Source: a virus (lineage: Duplodnaviria; Caudoviricetes). From it: a stretch of DNA of 38,692 nucleotides. The stretch covers positions 1 through 38,692 of the IMG/VR virus record IMGVR_UViG_3300038314_001105, one strand, 5' to 3'. Below, piece by piece: positions 8,170-19,900 of the stretch (position 1 is the first letter of the stretch; the number at the start of each line of letters is the position of its first letter). The position numbers and the translations under genes were made by a program. Under the pieces are notes generated by a model. The model saw nothing but the letters and a program-made list of their open reading frames with translations, ran no database searches and was not told the DNA's origin.

Positions 8170-11100
8170 CTATACGATTTCTGTTGTTTGTGATGGGGCT
8201 ACATTAGCCATCAGTGTGTCTTCTCTTGATGGCCAGTTGCCGGTTGGCTGTGGCCCTGGCTTCTCGTCTACTTGGAATGTTTTAGCCATGACCTGCATAA
8301 CTTCTGAGTCCTCTTCCTTCATTCCTGCGATGGCTAAGAGCATCTCTTTTTCAGCTCTCGGGATGTTCTGTCGGTCCTCTTTAGACATATTGCTAAGTCT
8401 CTTTCTTATATGTCCGGCCAATGTTAGAGCTGCTCTAGGGTGGTCTTTCCAGAGCTGGTCTATTTCCTCTTGGGTTAGAACTCCCTCGTACCATCGACTC
8501 AAGATGGCCCCATTCCCATACTCCGCTACACTTATGAGGTTGGCTATCGTCTGAAGAGATTGCGAGGATGGAGGAGTTGACGGAGTGAATAAGGTTTCCT
8601 CAACCCCGTCATCGTTATCTTTTATGATTTGAGCAACTGAGTTAGTGTAGTTATCAAGAGCCTTCCTCCCAGCCTCTCTCATTCTTGGATCCCAAGACAT
8701 GCTGAGAGTAGCCTCCTCAATGATCTTCTCCTTCACACTTGGGTCCTTCGAGAGTGCATCTGATATTATCACAGCATTACTATGCTCTTCTTCACCGTAA
8801 GCAGTTCCTGGCTCTGATTTTGCGCTAGGCTCCCAGTCATCTCCGCTCAATGCCTTGGCTATTTGATTCGAGGTGAAAAGCCGTGGAAGTCTAATCTTTC
8901 CACCAGGCCCAACATATTCTAATCTATCAGCAACACCCACTCCTCCTAGTCTACCAGCAGGGCCGACTCTCTTAACTCCACCCAACCAGTTGAAGTATTG
9001 GTCTACGCTTCTTTCAACAAATGCCCCGAACTGGTCAGCAGATGTAAAGAAGTTCTGCATTCTAACAAGAGCTCTGTCAGGATCTACCAAAGCATTATGA
9101 GGGATTGCATCTCCTAGAACCTTGCCTGCTTTAACAGCAGCAGCACCCGCAGCAGCACCTATAGGTCCACCGGCAAAACCACCAAGGCCAAGGCCCACTC
9201 CATAAGGAATGAGGCTAGGAACATGAACGGAATCCTCCATGTTCTTCTCTCGCTGTCTTACAGCCGACCAATTTAGAGCGTCTTTTACTTCTGTGTTCAG
9301 GTAATTTTTATGGTCTTCTAGCTTCCTCAATGTCTTCTTAGAATACTTAAGGGCACCACGAATCCTCTTTCTCTCGCTCATGAACTTCTTCTTTTGCCCA
9401 TGAACCCTTATGTCAATTTCTGCGTTCCGGTGCAGATAATCAAGAATATCTACGTTCCTTCTTGCGTATTCCATCAGGTGTTCGAGACTTTCCTTTGATG
9501 ACTCATGGTCTAAAGTCTCAACCCATTCTTGAATCTTGTTTGTGCTAGGTACTCTCTTGTCTGGGAACTGAGCTCCGGATGTAAAGAAGGCATCATCAAT
9601 ATGGCCATGCCCTCCAAGTCTACCCCTCATGAGCCCAGTAAAATATCTGTACTGTTCGGACATGTTGCCAAAAGCAGTGTAGTCACCAGCTAAAGGTTCC
9701 CAGATTTCTTCTTGTTTGAGGAATATTTGGATCTCTTCTTTGAACAAATTCACAAAGTTTTGCTCAGTATTGGCATCAAGGAGTGGTCCCCTCATGATTC
9801 CAGTGTGAACTCTCTCGCCCAGGACTTCTAATCTCTTAAATATTTGAGCACTAAACTCAGCATCTAAGTGGTGCTTCATCGTAGGATCACTCATAAGCCA
9901 TTTAAGAAGCTTGTTATGAGCAGGATCTCGATTGCTCATAGTCCCTGCTTCTACCTGAGCATCTATAAATGCCACCCATGTCTTCATCCAATCGGCAGGC
10001 ATCTTCGTTTTGACAGCATTATTGACCCATGTCCTAGTCATGTCATCTAATTCGTCTAGTTCCCCAAGGATTGAATTTAGTTCTTCTATTGCTTCTGGGT
10101 CTATTTGGTCTATGACGTTCCCATCTTGGTCCTTCATCATATTTGTCGAGTCGTCAATCTTTCTTCGAACCAACTTTCTTAACTTCTCAATAAGACCACC
10201 TTCTATGTGGTGATCTTTCCTATTTCCGTTAAGAAGCTGGTCTGCAAGGAGAGTAGAACTTGCGGAACCAGGCTCCCCTGGCTGTATCTGCTGAAGAGTG
10301 TTCTCAATAACGGTAACACTGTGACCTCTTGCTTGATGAGACAAAATAGGCCCTTGAAGAGCAACTGTCTCTTCCATGATCCCCTCTGTCTCAGTTATTA
10401 TCTCTCCTTTACGCCTGACTATCTCTCTAGCCTGCCTGTAAGCCTCCTTGTGGTTATGAGCTAATCTCATATCCTCAGTGTGTTTAAGTGCCTTTTCCAT
10501 TGTGGGGAATCGTTGGGGGTCTTGGTCGTAAAGTCGTTCAGCTAAGTCCTTATACCAGCCTTTTGTTGCCTCTAAATCTGCCGCCCAGTCTGCTGTTCGT
10601 CCAACAACCTTCCTTCCTATATCCAATCCTTTAACACCCGCAGATATAGGGATATGCAAGACGGCGGGAAGAGCTGCTCCAATGAGCATCCCCATCCCCA
10701 CTTCCATTGCGAAGTTTTCAAATACTTCAGCGGGCTCTCTTCCATCATACAGGTCTGCCGCAGCATTGACTGTTCCGTAACCAGCGCCATAAAGGGCTCC
10801 TTCAAAAGCCATAGGCTTCATCCTGGAGAAAACGCCCTTCTTCGCCTGGTTCGCTAGTCTGTCACCACTGGATTTTAAGAGTAACTTCTCTGCTGCTTTT
10901 CGCTCGAGTGTTCCTCCAGCACGAGCAATCAACCCAGGTGCCGTATGTCCTGCAATCCTCTGTAACCCTGGAGAGTTTCTACCTGCCTGTAAAAGAGCCT
11001 TTATCCCCTTCGATGCGCCAGTGGTTGCTTTTAATCCTTTAGCAAGACCAAAGCCCCCTCCAGTGAAATATGTTGCCAGAATATCTGTGGCTGTTTGTGT

Positions 11101-11499
11101 TACGAAACTCTTAACAGGATTGAACTCAGTGGTGTACTTAGCCCCAGGCCAGATAGTTCTCTCAAGAATATTGGATGCACCATTGAATGTCAGAGAGTCT
11201 GCTATCGCCAGAGGATAAGCTGCATAAGAACTAATCCCTTCTCCGTACTCTTTTGGGCTTAAGTATCTGGCACTTCCGTCAGTAATCCTTCTTCTGGCCT
11301 CTTCTCCTATGAGGGTTCTTTCTACTTCTTCTCCACTGGGGCCTTCTTCTAAAACTCTTACTGACTGGCCTACCGGATCTGAAAGACTATAGAGAGGTGC
11401 TCCATTGTCATCTCGAGAGTTAAGTAGTTCCACAAGCTCTTCATGAGTTACGTCATGGTCTTTGAACCTACCTGTCTTCTTGTCGAGTAGTTGAATCAT
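8170..11499 (-). CDS. Large internal virion / DNA ejection protein
   Basis: 1109 aa, helical, glycine-zipper segments (GVGLGLGGFAGGPIGAAAGAAA); third of three large genes after the nozzle. Confidence 0.7.
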   Translation of the reverse strand: MIQLLDKKTGRFKDHDVTHEELVELLNSRDDNGAPLYSLSDPVGQSVRVLEEGPSGEEVERTLIGEEARRRITDGSARYLSPKEYGEGISSYAAYPLAIADSLTFNGASNILERTIWPGAKYTTEFNPVKSFVTQTATDILATYFTGGGFGLAKGLKATTGASKGIKALLQAGRNSPGLQRIAGHTAPGLIARAGGTLERKAAEKLLLKSSGDRLANQAKKGVFSRMKPMAFEGALYGAGYGTVNAAADLYDGREPAEVFENFAMEVGMGMLIGAALPAVLHIPISAGVKGLDIGRKVVGRTADWAADLEATKGWYKDLAERLYDQDPQRFPTMEKALKHTEDMRLAHNHKEAYRQAREIVRRKGEIITETEGIMEETVALQGPILSHQARGHSVTVIENTLQQIQPGEPGSASSTLLADQLLNGNRKDHHIEGGLIEKLRKLVRRKIDDSTNMMKDQDGNVIDQIDPEAIEELNSILGELDELDDMTRTWVNNAVKTKMPADWMKTWVAFIDAQVEAGTMSNRDPAHNKLLKWLMSDPTMKHHLDAEFSAQIFKRLEVLGERVHTGIMRGPLLDANTEQNFVNLFKEEIQIFLKQEEIWEPLAGDYTAFGNMSEQYRYFTGLMRGRLGGHGHIDDAFFTSGAQFPDKRVPSTNKIQEWVETLDHESSKESLEHLMEYARRNVDILDYLHRNAEIDIRVHGQKKKFMSERKRIRGALKYSKKTLRKLEDHKNYLNTEVKDALNWSAVRQREKNMEDSVHVPSLIPYGVGLGLGGFAGGPIGAAAGAAAVKAGKVLGDAIPHNALVDPDRALVRMQNFFTSADQFGAFVERSVDQYFNWLGGVKRVGPAGRLGGVGVADRLEYVGPGGKIRLPRLFTSNQIAKALSGDDWEPSAKSEPGTAYGEEEHSNAVIISDALSKDPSVKEKIIEEATLSMSWDPRMREAGRKALDNYTNSVAQIIKDNDDGVEETLFTPSTPPSSQSLQTIANLISVAEYGNGAILSRWYEGVLTQEEIDQLWKDHPRAALTLAGHIRKRLSNMSKEDRQNIPRAEKEMLLAIAGMKEEDSEVMQVMAKTFQVDEKPGPQPTGNWPSREDTLMANVAPSQTTEIV

Positions 11500-11514
11500 A
11501 GAGATACTCTAGTC

Positions 11515-14500
11515 CTACTTGTTTCCTGTATCGCCAAGCGTTTTTTGTGCGGCCAATTTCAATGCAAGATCATCGATGTATTTTTGGGCCTCAGGGGATA
11601 TTTTCTGTGTATTGAGTATTTCGATTGTAGCCTGCTGGTCCTTAGTCAACTCAATCTTCTCCCATTCCAATGAACCCATAGCTTTGTTGTATGCCTCCAG
11701 CATCCGAACCTTTGTGTTCATATCAGCCGCTAAATACTTAGGGTCAGAAAGGAGAGAAGCGCCATTCTGGTCAACAGTGGTGTAATACTTATGGTTAGAC
11801 AAAAGACGAACTTGATTCTTAATGACTAGGAATTTTTTATTTCCATCTTCAAAGTTGTGAAGATCTGGAATGTTGAGCATTGCGCGTATCTGCTCTTGCT
11901 CATTCAAGTTACCTACTTGACCACTTACCCTTGCAATAATGGCTGCATGGGTCTTTGTCATTTCATGAAGCTCTAAAAGTTTCCGCAATGCTACTGCCCA
12001 AGGCTGGTTTGCCGCACCTGGAAAACCAGTAAGCGCAAGAAAGGCGTCTTTAAGAAGCCCATTAGGGTTGTCCTTCATCCATTTTGCGGCATATTTCATA
12101 ACGTTACTACCGGCGATGTCCCTGCCGTGGTCTAGCCAGATCTTGTGCATTTCATCGAGCTTGGGTTTGAATACCCTTGCCATGATGTATGCTCGTTGAA
12201 GACCTGCCGGAAGACCTTTAAGCGCACTATCCTCTTCACCAGCACCCGCAACTTTATTTGCGTGTTCTTGTCCGAGTGCTTGAGCATGACGAACTCTCTG
12301 GATGGCATCGTGTGATTCTGCCTCTTGCCTAGACTTAACTATACCGCCTAACGCCTTATCTGTATTAGCAAAATTTTTGGTTCTAAAGTCCTGGTTCTCT
12401 TTGTTGTACTTGTCTCTTGCTATCGCCCGGATTTTTTGGACGTTTATATCATTTTTATCCAGAATGCCTTTCAGGACCAGTTGATCTAGCTGGTTATTTA
12501 CATGCTTCAGCATGGACACCTTCATCCCCTTATAGGCATCTGCACTTCCGATAAATTGTCCTCGACTTCCGTACATGTGCTGTAGGAAGGTGAACCTATT
12601 GGCGATGATGTCTTTCTTGTTTTTGAGGATCTCCTGCTGCGCCTTAATATCATCATCAATGGCACTCTCGAACATGTCCCAAACCATGAATGGGACTGTC
12701 CCTGGTCGCTTATCAAAAGCCGAGAGAACAGTGGCTCCCATATTTGCCAAGATTCCAAATAAACTAGAGACAGTGAATGCTGTTCTAGACACGCTAAACT
12801 TCTTCTCTTTTTTTAACTTTCCGTCTTCGCCTATGCTTGTAGTTGTCTCGGTAAATCCGAACATTCTCCAAGGGTCTGGATGAAGAGCCTCTAGCTCCTT
12901 CTCTCTCGCCTCATACTCATGGAGGATTTTCCATGTCTGCTCAGAGACATTCTGCCAGTTCAACTTTGTTTGCTCTGAATGTTGCCGAGCAGTCTCCTCC
13001 ATCTCCTTGGCGGCATTGAGCTTAATATTCGCCTGGGCTTTCGCTGCTTCTGTCGCCAGCTCCGCTAACCTTTGGGCTTCAATCATAGCTATTGTATGAT
13101 CGGCTGCTGCATCATCCGATTCTCTTACAAAATTGAGTGCATTTTTTTCTCTCTGGGCTATGATCGCATCGTTAGTCAGAGCTCCAATTGGCGACTCTGG
13201 CTGATCACCTGGGCCTACCCCCTGAACAATCCCAAGCTTATTCAGCTCATCAGTAACTGCCTTGCCAGCATTCTCCCAATCCTCGTATCCAGGGATTCCC
13301 TTCTCATGCTGTGACTTTGCCCAAGCTTTAGCTTTCTCAACATCATTTACCCAATGCCAAGGCTCGTTCTCCTTTCCTGAAAATGTAGAACCTTTCTGGT
13401 AAAGACCATACATCCAAGCAACCTTTAAAAGCCTCTTGGAAATTGGTGAGTCCATTGTTTTATTTACATTCCAATCAACAGCCTTTCCTTGTCGATGTAG
13501 GCTACTCTCTCTGTCTTCATAACCCTTTTCATAGGTAATCTCTCCTGTCTCTGAGTCGACAGTCGCTGGGTGTTGTTGGTCGTTCCAGTCTTTCCTCCTG
13601 TAGGAGTTACTGACTTCGGGTATTGGCCATCCCATCTCCTCGAACTTTTTCTGGGTAAGGTGAATTGCCATTGCTGTTTCAACATCTTTGGCTTGTCGAA
13701 CTGAAGCTGTAAACGGCACAGTTTTGCCAAACTTATTGAACAGTTCTCTTCCAGCCCACTTCTCTCCAAATAAAACAGCTGCTTCGCTCTCGGGGTCGAC
13801 AACTCTTATGCCCGAGAAGGTTAGGTCATCAGGATTATTCTTCTTCCACTCGTCTATCTTTTCTTTGCCGTAGACGATTCCTTGATCCCAACGATCAATT
13901 CCTGGAGGTTCCTTTACCTCTCCTCCACTGACTTCTTCGGGAACAATAGCTGCTCCAGAAACTAAGGTATCTGGGCTTACGCCTGGGGGTGCATCGCTTA
14001 TTTCAGTGGTGGTTTTTTCTGGAGCTTCCACTGGGCCTGTTGTTGGAGTAATTTCTTCAGAAAGAGGTTCCCTTGGGAAGTCGTCTGATAAACTTGGGGA
14101 TACTGCTTCCTTGCTTTTTCCATGCTCTTTAAGGTCCCCGAATCCCCATCCTCCTTCTCCACGGAGCTCCTTTACTTTTACTTCTCTCTGCTTTCTCTCA
14201 AATTCTTTGCGCTGTATGTCATCGGCTCGAATGGCTACGAAATTTTTGATTTCTTGTTGAACATTCTCAGGTGCCGTCGACAGATTTTGCAGCAGCTCCC
14301 AATCGTTTTTATAATCAATGTCTCTTGAAAGCAGATACTTCCATGTCTCATTAGAAAAGAGTTCTCTTTCTTTTTGCTTCTCTTCTCTTGCTTCCTGTGC
14401 CTTCGTTGCTGCTTCCTTCAGCTTAACATCTTGGGCAGCCATGTACTCCTTCTGGCCTTCTCTAAACCTATCCAGCTGGCCCTTGGTTGCTAATTCACTA

Positions 14501-14745
14501 AAAGAATCAGCGCGTTCTTTATCTTCAAATGTGATATTCGGATCTTTAAGAACGTCCCAATATGAATAAGTTTTTGTTTGTGTTCGTCCCGGAAATGCTA
14601 GGTCTAGCTCTTCTTTTGTAGGTTCTCTTAGACCGACATCGCCTAAACCCCTATAGCTTGTATTAGAGGTACTATACTTCTTATATAGCTTGGCTAGCGC
14701 GTCTGGTATTTTTTCTTTTTCTTTTATTTCTGCTGGAGGGACCAT
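11515..14745 (-). CDS. Ejection protein with embedded M15B/VanY-like peptidase domain
   Basis: 1076 aa coiled protein; internal NSYR...SLHRQGKAVD...EPWHW. Confidence 0.7.
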   Translation of the reverse strand: MVPPAEIKEKEKIPDALAKLYKKYSTSNTSYRGLGDVGLREPTKEELDLAFPGRTQTKTYSYWDVLKDPNITFEDKERADSFSELATKGQLDRFREGQKEYMAAQDVKLKEAATKAQEAREEKQKERELFSNETWKYLLSRDIDYKNDWELLQNLSTAPENVQQEIKNFVAIRADDIQRKEFERKQREVKVKELRGEGGWGFGDLKEHGKSKEAVSPSLSDDFPREPLSEEITPTTGPVEAPEKTTTEISDAPPGVSPDTLVSGAAIVPEEVSGGEVKEPPGIDRWDQGIVYGKEKIDEWKKNNPDDLTFSGIRVVDPESEAAVLFGEKWAGRELFNKFGKTVPFTASVRQAKDVETAMAIHLTQKKFEEMGWPIPEVSNSYRRKDWNDQQHPATVDSETGEITYEKGYEDRESSLHRQGKAVDWNVNKTMDSPISKRLLKVAWMYGLYQKGSTFSGKENEPWHWVNDVEKAKAWAKSQHEKGIPGYEDWENAGKAVTDELNKLGIVQGVGPGDQPESPIGALTNDAIIAQREKNALNFVRESDDAAADHTIAMIEAQRLAELATEAAKAQANIKLNAAKEMEETARQHSEQTKLNWQNVSEQTWKILHEYEAREKELEALHPDPWRMFGFTETTTSIGEDGKLKKEKKFSVSRTAFTVSSLFGILANMGATVLSAFDKRPGTVPFMVWDMFESAIDDDIKAQQEILKNKKDIIANRFTFLQHMYGSRGQFIGSADAYKGMKVSMLKHVNNQLDQLVLKGILDKNDINVQKIRAIARDKYNKENQDFRTKNFANTDKALGGIVKSRQEAESHDAIQRVRHAQALGQEHANKVAGAGEEDSALKGLPAGLQRAYIMARVFKPKLDEMHKIWLDHGRDIAGSNVMKYAAKWMKDNPNGLLKDAFLALTGFPGAANQPWAVALRKLLELHEMTKTHAAIIARVSGQVGNLNEQEQIRAMLNIPDLHNFEDGNKKFLVIKNQVRLLSNHKYYTTVDQNGASLLSDPKYLAADMNTKVRMLEAYNKAMGSLEWEKIELTKDQQATIEILNTQKISPEAQKYIDDLALKLAAQKTLGDTGNK

Positions 14746-14746
14746 A

Positions 14747-16987
14747 TCACGCTGTCCTCGTTCGTCTTTTTAGTTTTTCAAGCTCGTCAATGGCTGATGT
14801 CTTTACGGAGAAATCTTGTGGGGCTGATGCAATACGAGTACCCCCGCCGCCACCTCCAAAGAGGGCATCCCCAGCGAAATTGACCCCTTGTGCTATTGCG
14901 TCACCAACGGCTGCTCCTGGTGGTCCACCCACAAGACCCCCAATACCAGCGCCAGCAGCTCTCGTTCCGGCTTTAAGCACGTTTGGTAAGCTTGGATCTT
15001 TAACAGCTTCCGCCACAGCCTTTAGGGGACCTATTGCTGGAGCTACCTTGCCCGTTGCCTTAGCTATAGCTTTACCGGCTGCGCTTACTGCACCCTCAGC
15101 TACTTTTCCGCCTATACCCTCCGCACCTGCCTCAAGTGCCTTGGTAGCTACCGCTTCTGGCTTCATGTAATCGTAAAGAGCGCCTACACCTTTAATTCCT
15201 GCCTTCAACCCGAGGCCCATCATTGCCTTGTTTCTATCTTTTCCTCTTGAAGTCGCAAAATTTCCCACAGGCTGGGCCCAATCAGCAACAGTAGAGCCTA
15301 TGTTCTTGGCAAGACCCCATCCATCAAAGGAACTCTTACCTACAGATTCAATGTCCCCTGACGGAGTTAGCTCCGTGCTGCTTCCTTCAGCCATTCTATC
15401 AAAATCAGGTTCCTCGAAAGGGTTTTCTGCCCTTTTATGGAAGTTACGGAGGGCATGACTGTTGGATCTACCCCCTTCTTGACCAGGAGCAACCCCACTT
15501 ACTCTGTCTTTGTATGCTTCCATCTGGGAAAGCATAGAAGGAGCATCTCCCTCCTCATCATCTTCTTCATCTTCCTCTTCATCTTCATAAGACTCTGCGG
15601 TAGCATTTTCGTCGTAACCCTCAGGAACCCCCTCTCCCGCAAGCATCGACGCAACAGCGGCTTTATCTGCCTCATCCTTCCTTTGCTGCCCAGTCGAACG
15701 AGTCTCCGGCATCGATGGAGCACTTCTAACTACATGCGTATCCTCAGGTTCGGATCCCATCGTGTCTTGTTCTTCTGCTGTAACTGCTCTCTGCAAGATG
15801 TCTGCGCGGATTTGATCCCAATAAAATCTCTCAGCCTCCGACTTTAGAATAATCATCTCGGCTTCTATTTGTGCCTCGGCTGTCCTCTCATCTAATCCTT
15901 GCTGCATAAGCTCAACCAGACGCTTATCAGTTTCGACCTGAAGCTGAGTCTCCCACTCGGTGTTGAACTCGCTTGTCCTCTGCCGCAATTCAGCATTCGT
16001 CAGATTCAGCTCTTGAGTGAGTTGAGCCTTAAGGACTTCGATCTGCTGACGCCTCTCAGCATTAGCACCAGCAGCCTCAGCACCCAGTTGAGCCTCAATA
16101 ATTCCTCGCTCTTGCTCCATTTGAGCTTCGAGGACTGCCCTCTCTTGCTCCATCTGAGCTTCAGTGAGTCCTACTTCTTGCTCAAATCCAGCCTCTGTTA
16201 GTCTTCTTTGCTGGTCTAATTGAGCCTGAGTTGATTCTGTCTCTGCTCCAAGACCTAACGCCTGAATTTGAGCCTCTCTCGCTCCTGCCGCTTCTGTCGC
16301 AATTCTCTCCCTGCCAAGCTGACCAGTAGCTTGTTGCTGTGCTCTCAGCACTGCTGCGGGATTCATCCCTCTTGCACCAAGCTTTTGGGCCATGATTGCC
16401 CTTTGAGCTCTCTCAAACTCCCCTTGTGCTGCCAGGTCTGCTCCAGCAAAAGACTCGCCTCTTCCCTTGGCTGCCAGGAGATCTCGCAATTCTGTATTTA
16501 TCTGAGATTCATCAACAGGGCCTGCCCCCTCAATAGACTCAGGACCACCAACTGTTTCAGGACCAGCAATAGGAGGAGGAGCTTCTTGCTGGGCTGCTGC
16601 ACCAACAGTAGTCCCTTCTGCTTGAGCTGCCTCAATATCCGGGACTTCTCTATCGTGCTCTAACTGTTGGGCCAATCTCTCCCTGTCGGCAGAATCTGTT
16701 CCTTGGACCTGTCTTCCTCGCTCCTGGTGTAAGTCCCATTCCTCCTGTCCCTCTCCCGGCATAAGAGGGCTACCAGCTGATGAGTCGGCGGGATTCCAAC
16801 CAGTGGCTGGCCCACCAGGGATTCTTTCTTGAAGTCCTCTTCCTGGGGCTCTTCTAGCTGGGTCTACATAACTAGGATGGTCAGAAGGATATCCTGACGA
16901 TGGGTTTTCTTCATTTGCGGCTGAAGCATTGCGATCTATAAGCCCTTGAGGGATTTTAGGTTTCGGCTTCTTTATCAATGGTGGCAT
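14747..16987 (-). CDS. DNA pilot / ejection protein
   Basis: Q/A/E-rich coiled core, acidic tract, C-terminal glycine zipper; directly after the nozzle gene. Confidence 0.65.
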   Translation of the reverse strand: MPPLIKKPKPKIPQGLIDRNASAANEENPSSGYPSDHPSYVDPARRAPGRGLQERIPGGPATGWNPADSSAGSPLMPGEGQEEWDLHQERGRQVQGTDSADRERLAQQLEHDREVPDIEAAQAEGTTVGAAAQQEAPPPIAGPETVGGPESIEGAGPVDESQINTELRDLLAAKGRGESFAGADLAAQGEFERAQRAIMAQKLGARGMNPAAVLRAQQQATGQLGRERIATEAAGAREAQIQALGLGAETESTQAQLDQQRRLTEAGFEQEVGLTEAQMEQERAVLEAQMEQERGIIEAQLGAEAAGANAERRQQIEVLKAQLTQELNLTNAELRQRTSEFNTEWETQLQVETDKRLVELMQQGLDERTAEAQIEAEMIILKSEAERFYWDQIRADILQRAVTAEEQDTMGSEPEDTHVVRSAPSMPETRSTGQQRKDEADKAAVASMLAGEGVPEGYDENATAESYEDEEEDEEDDEEGDAPSMLSQMEAYKDRVSGVAPGQEGGRSNSHALRNFHKRAENPFEEPDFDRMAEGSSTELTPSGDIESVGKSSFDGWGLAKNIGSTVADWAQPVGNFATSRGKDRNKAMMGLGLKAGIKGVGALYDYMKPEAVATKALEAGAEGIGGKVAEGAVSAAGKAIAKATGKVAPAIGPLKAVAEAVKDPSLPNVLKAGTRAAGAGIGGLVGGPPGAAVGDAIAQGVNFAGDALFGGGGGGTRIASAPQDFSVKTSAIDELEKLKRRTRTA

Positions 16988-16988
16988 A

Positions 16989-19900
16989 TCACCCTCCTCC
17001 TAATGATCCGGGAGTGCCCCAAACCGTTCGCTGTCCTAATTCTGTTGGGAATAAACCGTTCTTATAATTGTCACTCTTAATACCTATTTCTAAGGCAATC
17101 TCGGAGAAGATGAGACTATCTCCAGTGACAGAACTATCGAAATCGGTATCAGTGAATACGAAGCTAATAGCTTGGCACTTTTGCTTCGTCATGTGCATCT
17201 TGGACTGAAACTTACCACCAGTCGTTGTCGTGAAGAATGTAAAGGTTTCCTGAATATCAACCGCATCCTGGTTATAATCGTAGAAAGCGTAGACCGTTAT
17301 ACTGGAAGGGTCTAATGACTCTCCTAAGATATAAGCCTTGTAAACCCTCTGATATCCCTGAATGCCAGAAAGGTTAATCCATGCTGTTCTTAGGAATGAT
17401 GTCGTAAAGTTCCCATTATCTCTTGTCGTTAACGGGTTCTCTAATAAGATTCTATCAACAAGAGGGTCTGCGCCTGCATCAGTCAAACAAGAGATATAAA
17501 GCTTGTTGTTACTTGTCGCAAAAGAACCACCTGGCCCTGCCGCTTTGCTAATCCTTGAGTTATCCAACATCCATTCCTTAAGAACGTAGTTGTACACCAG
17601 CATCTGAAAGGACCTGCCAGCGCAAAGGAAGAGAACAACCTCCTCATCTGGACGAACAACAATATCTCTTATTGTGTACCACTCCCTAAAGATGCCTGTC
17701 AGCTGAGTCTTAGCCGAGTCTCTCTGGACAGGTGAACCAATGAAAGAAACAACAAGGTCCTTTTGAATAATATAGATGCCCTTTGTTGTTACAAACAAAA
17801 GTCCATCATCAATAACCTGAACTGGAGACCCCTTTACAGCACCAATAGCAGAGGGGATCTTCTTCGCGTCGTAAAAGCCACCAAGCCCTGAGTTATCAGG
17901 TCCCTCTCCACTAACAATATAGATGGATTTTTCTGTAAAGATAAAAAGGTTTCCGTCCATGCTACCAAGGGCAGTAGGAGGATCTGAGATATTATCAGGC
18001 GTTCTTATCGATAAAGCAGAGTTAAAGCCTATCCCAAAACCATCTTGAGAAAGCTTCGAGAAGTAAACTACATCATCTTTGCCTATAACAAAAAGACGAT
18101 TCCTGTGTGCTGTTACATATCTAGCAGATGCCGGAGGGGGCTTATTAACCAGCTCTCCTCCATCGGTATAAAGAGGCTTTCCTGTGGCTCCAATAGCATC
18201 ACTAATATCGTCATTAAAAACATAGGTCGCAGTAGTCGCTGTATAGATACCCACGTCTACAGTGGCAATATTATTGTATAAAGAGCCATCTCCCTGAGTC
18301 CTATAGATGGCGGCATTAACCAATGACCCGTTTAACTCAGAAGCGAATCCACCAAGGAAAGCAAACCTTGTGAATGTAAGGCGAGTATTTTGCTTGTTGG
18401 TTCCACCCGCAGCCTCCGTTTGAACAGTAGTAGATGCAGATGGCTCACTCTGATGAAGGTTCCCCTGGGCATCCGTCCACTCCCAAACAATCTTATAGGA
18501 GTAGCTCTTGTCTGCACCTAAGTTCCCTCCTGCCGAAGTTCCCAAAATAGAACTAACCATTGGACGGTCATAGAAGTTCAGAAACCTAAAGTTAGCCCCA
18601 TCAAACTGATAAAGAGCCTTGTCTGCAACATAAAGGATATCATCAATTACTGCCGTAGATGCAGCAGGAACATCCATCTGTTCCTCGTTGAAGTTACGAA
18701 AGTCGAATAAAGTCGTAGTAGAATTTAGCTGGACAGTCCCCCCGTCAGAACCATGCCTCTCGAAGTTTGTTCCCACAGGTATTGCAATCATCGCCCCGTT
18801 GTATTCGCTGAACACAGTTGAACTGTCGTAAGGGTAGTTTCTATCCATTTCGTAAGACGGGGGAGCATCTAAGCCCCACCCAACGTTACTAAAGACGCCT
18901 GCCTTTAGAGTGTCTGTAATATATTCAAAAGGTTGGAAGTTTCCGATAGGAAGACTGTCCCTCATCCAAGATACCATGTGATTATCGTAGGCGGGAATGC
19001 CTCTTGTTGAACCATCACAATACTCCCATAGCTGGATGCTAGGGACAGGAGCCTCTGAGATATTAGTAACTCCAGTGTTCAAGCTGTCAACAACACCAAG
19101 GACGTAGGGGTTGCTGCCAAATGCAAAGATAAGCTTATATCCATTTGCTACAAAACCAGTCAAAAGAGCGGCGCTGTCGTCAGGGTCAATTGGACCAGCG
19201 AATACTCTTTTCACTATACGAGTGTCCTGTAGGCCCCCGCTACCGAGTGTTATAGAATCATGATTGTCTGAGTAGATAAAATTAACATCAGGGATTTCAT
19301 CATTCCACGACGCAATATCATCACCAGCGCTCTTGGGTGCAACGTCATCGAGAAACCGTCCAATAACAACTCCGTCAACTCCCTCAATATCTCCACCAGA
19401 CGCATCATCTTCTGGGTCATCAAAGGCAGTAGCTCCTTCTCTACAGACCCTGATTTTAACATTATCCTCATCCTGCCAAGCAAACGCCAGCTTGCCAGCC
19501 AAACCCACGGGACCGTTGGCCCCTGTTATCCTTGCTCTATGAGCGTAGAGGTGTCCATTGAGCTTATCGTCGCCAGACATCTCTGTCTTAATTTTCTCAG
19601 TGTGGCTATGGTCGTCAGTATCAAAGACATAATAACTGACATAATGCTTTCCGTCATCCACTCCCCCGCTAGTATCCTTCCAGCTAGTGAACAGGTTTGC
19701 CTTTGTTGAATCTCTGGAGGAGCAAACGGCAAAGCTAGCTAAACTTGTAGGATAACCTGCACCAGAACCACCAACGACTAACGGATAATTAGCAGTAGCA
19801 AGAATGGTTGTTCCTGCGGGAGTTGCCGTTCCTGCGTAATCTCTAACAACGATAGGGCTCTCGGTAGGGTCTATCACCCATCCCTTGAGAGCACCTTCGT

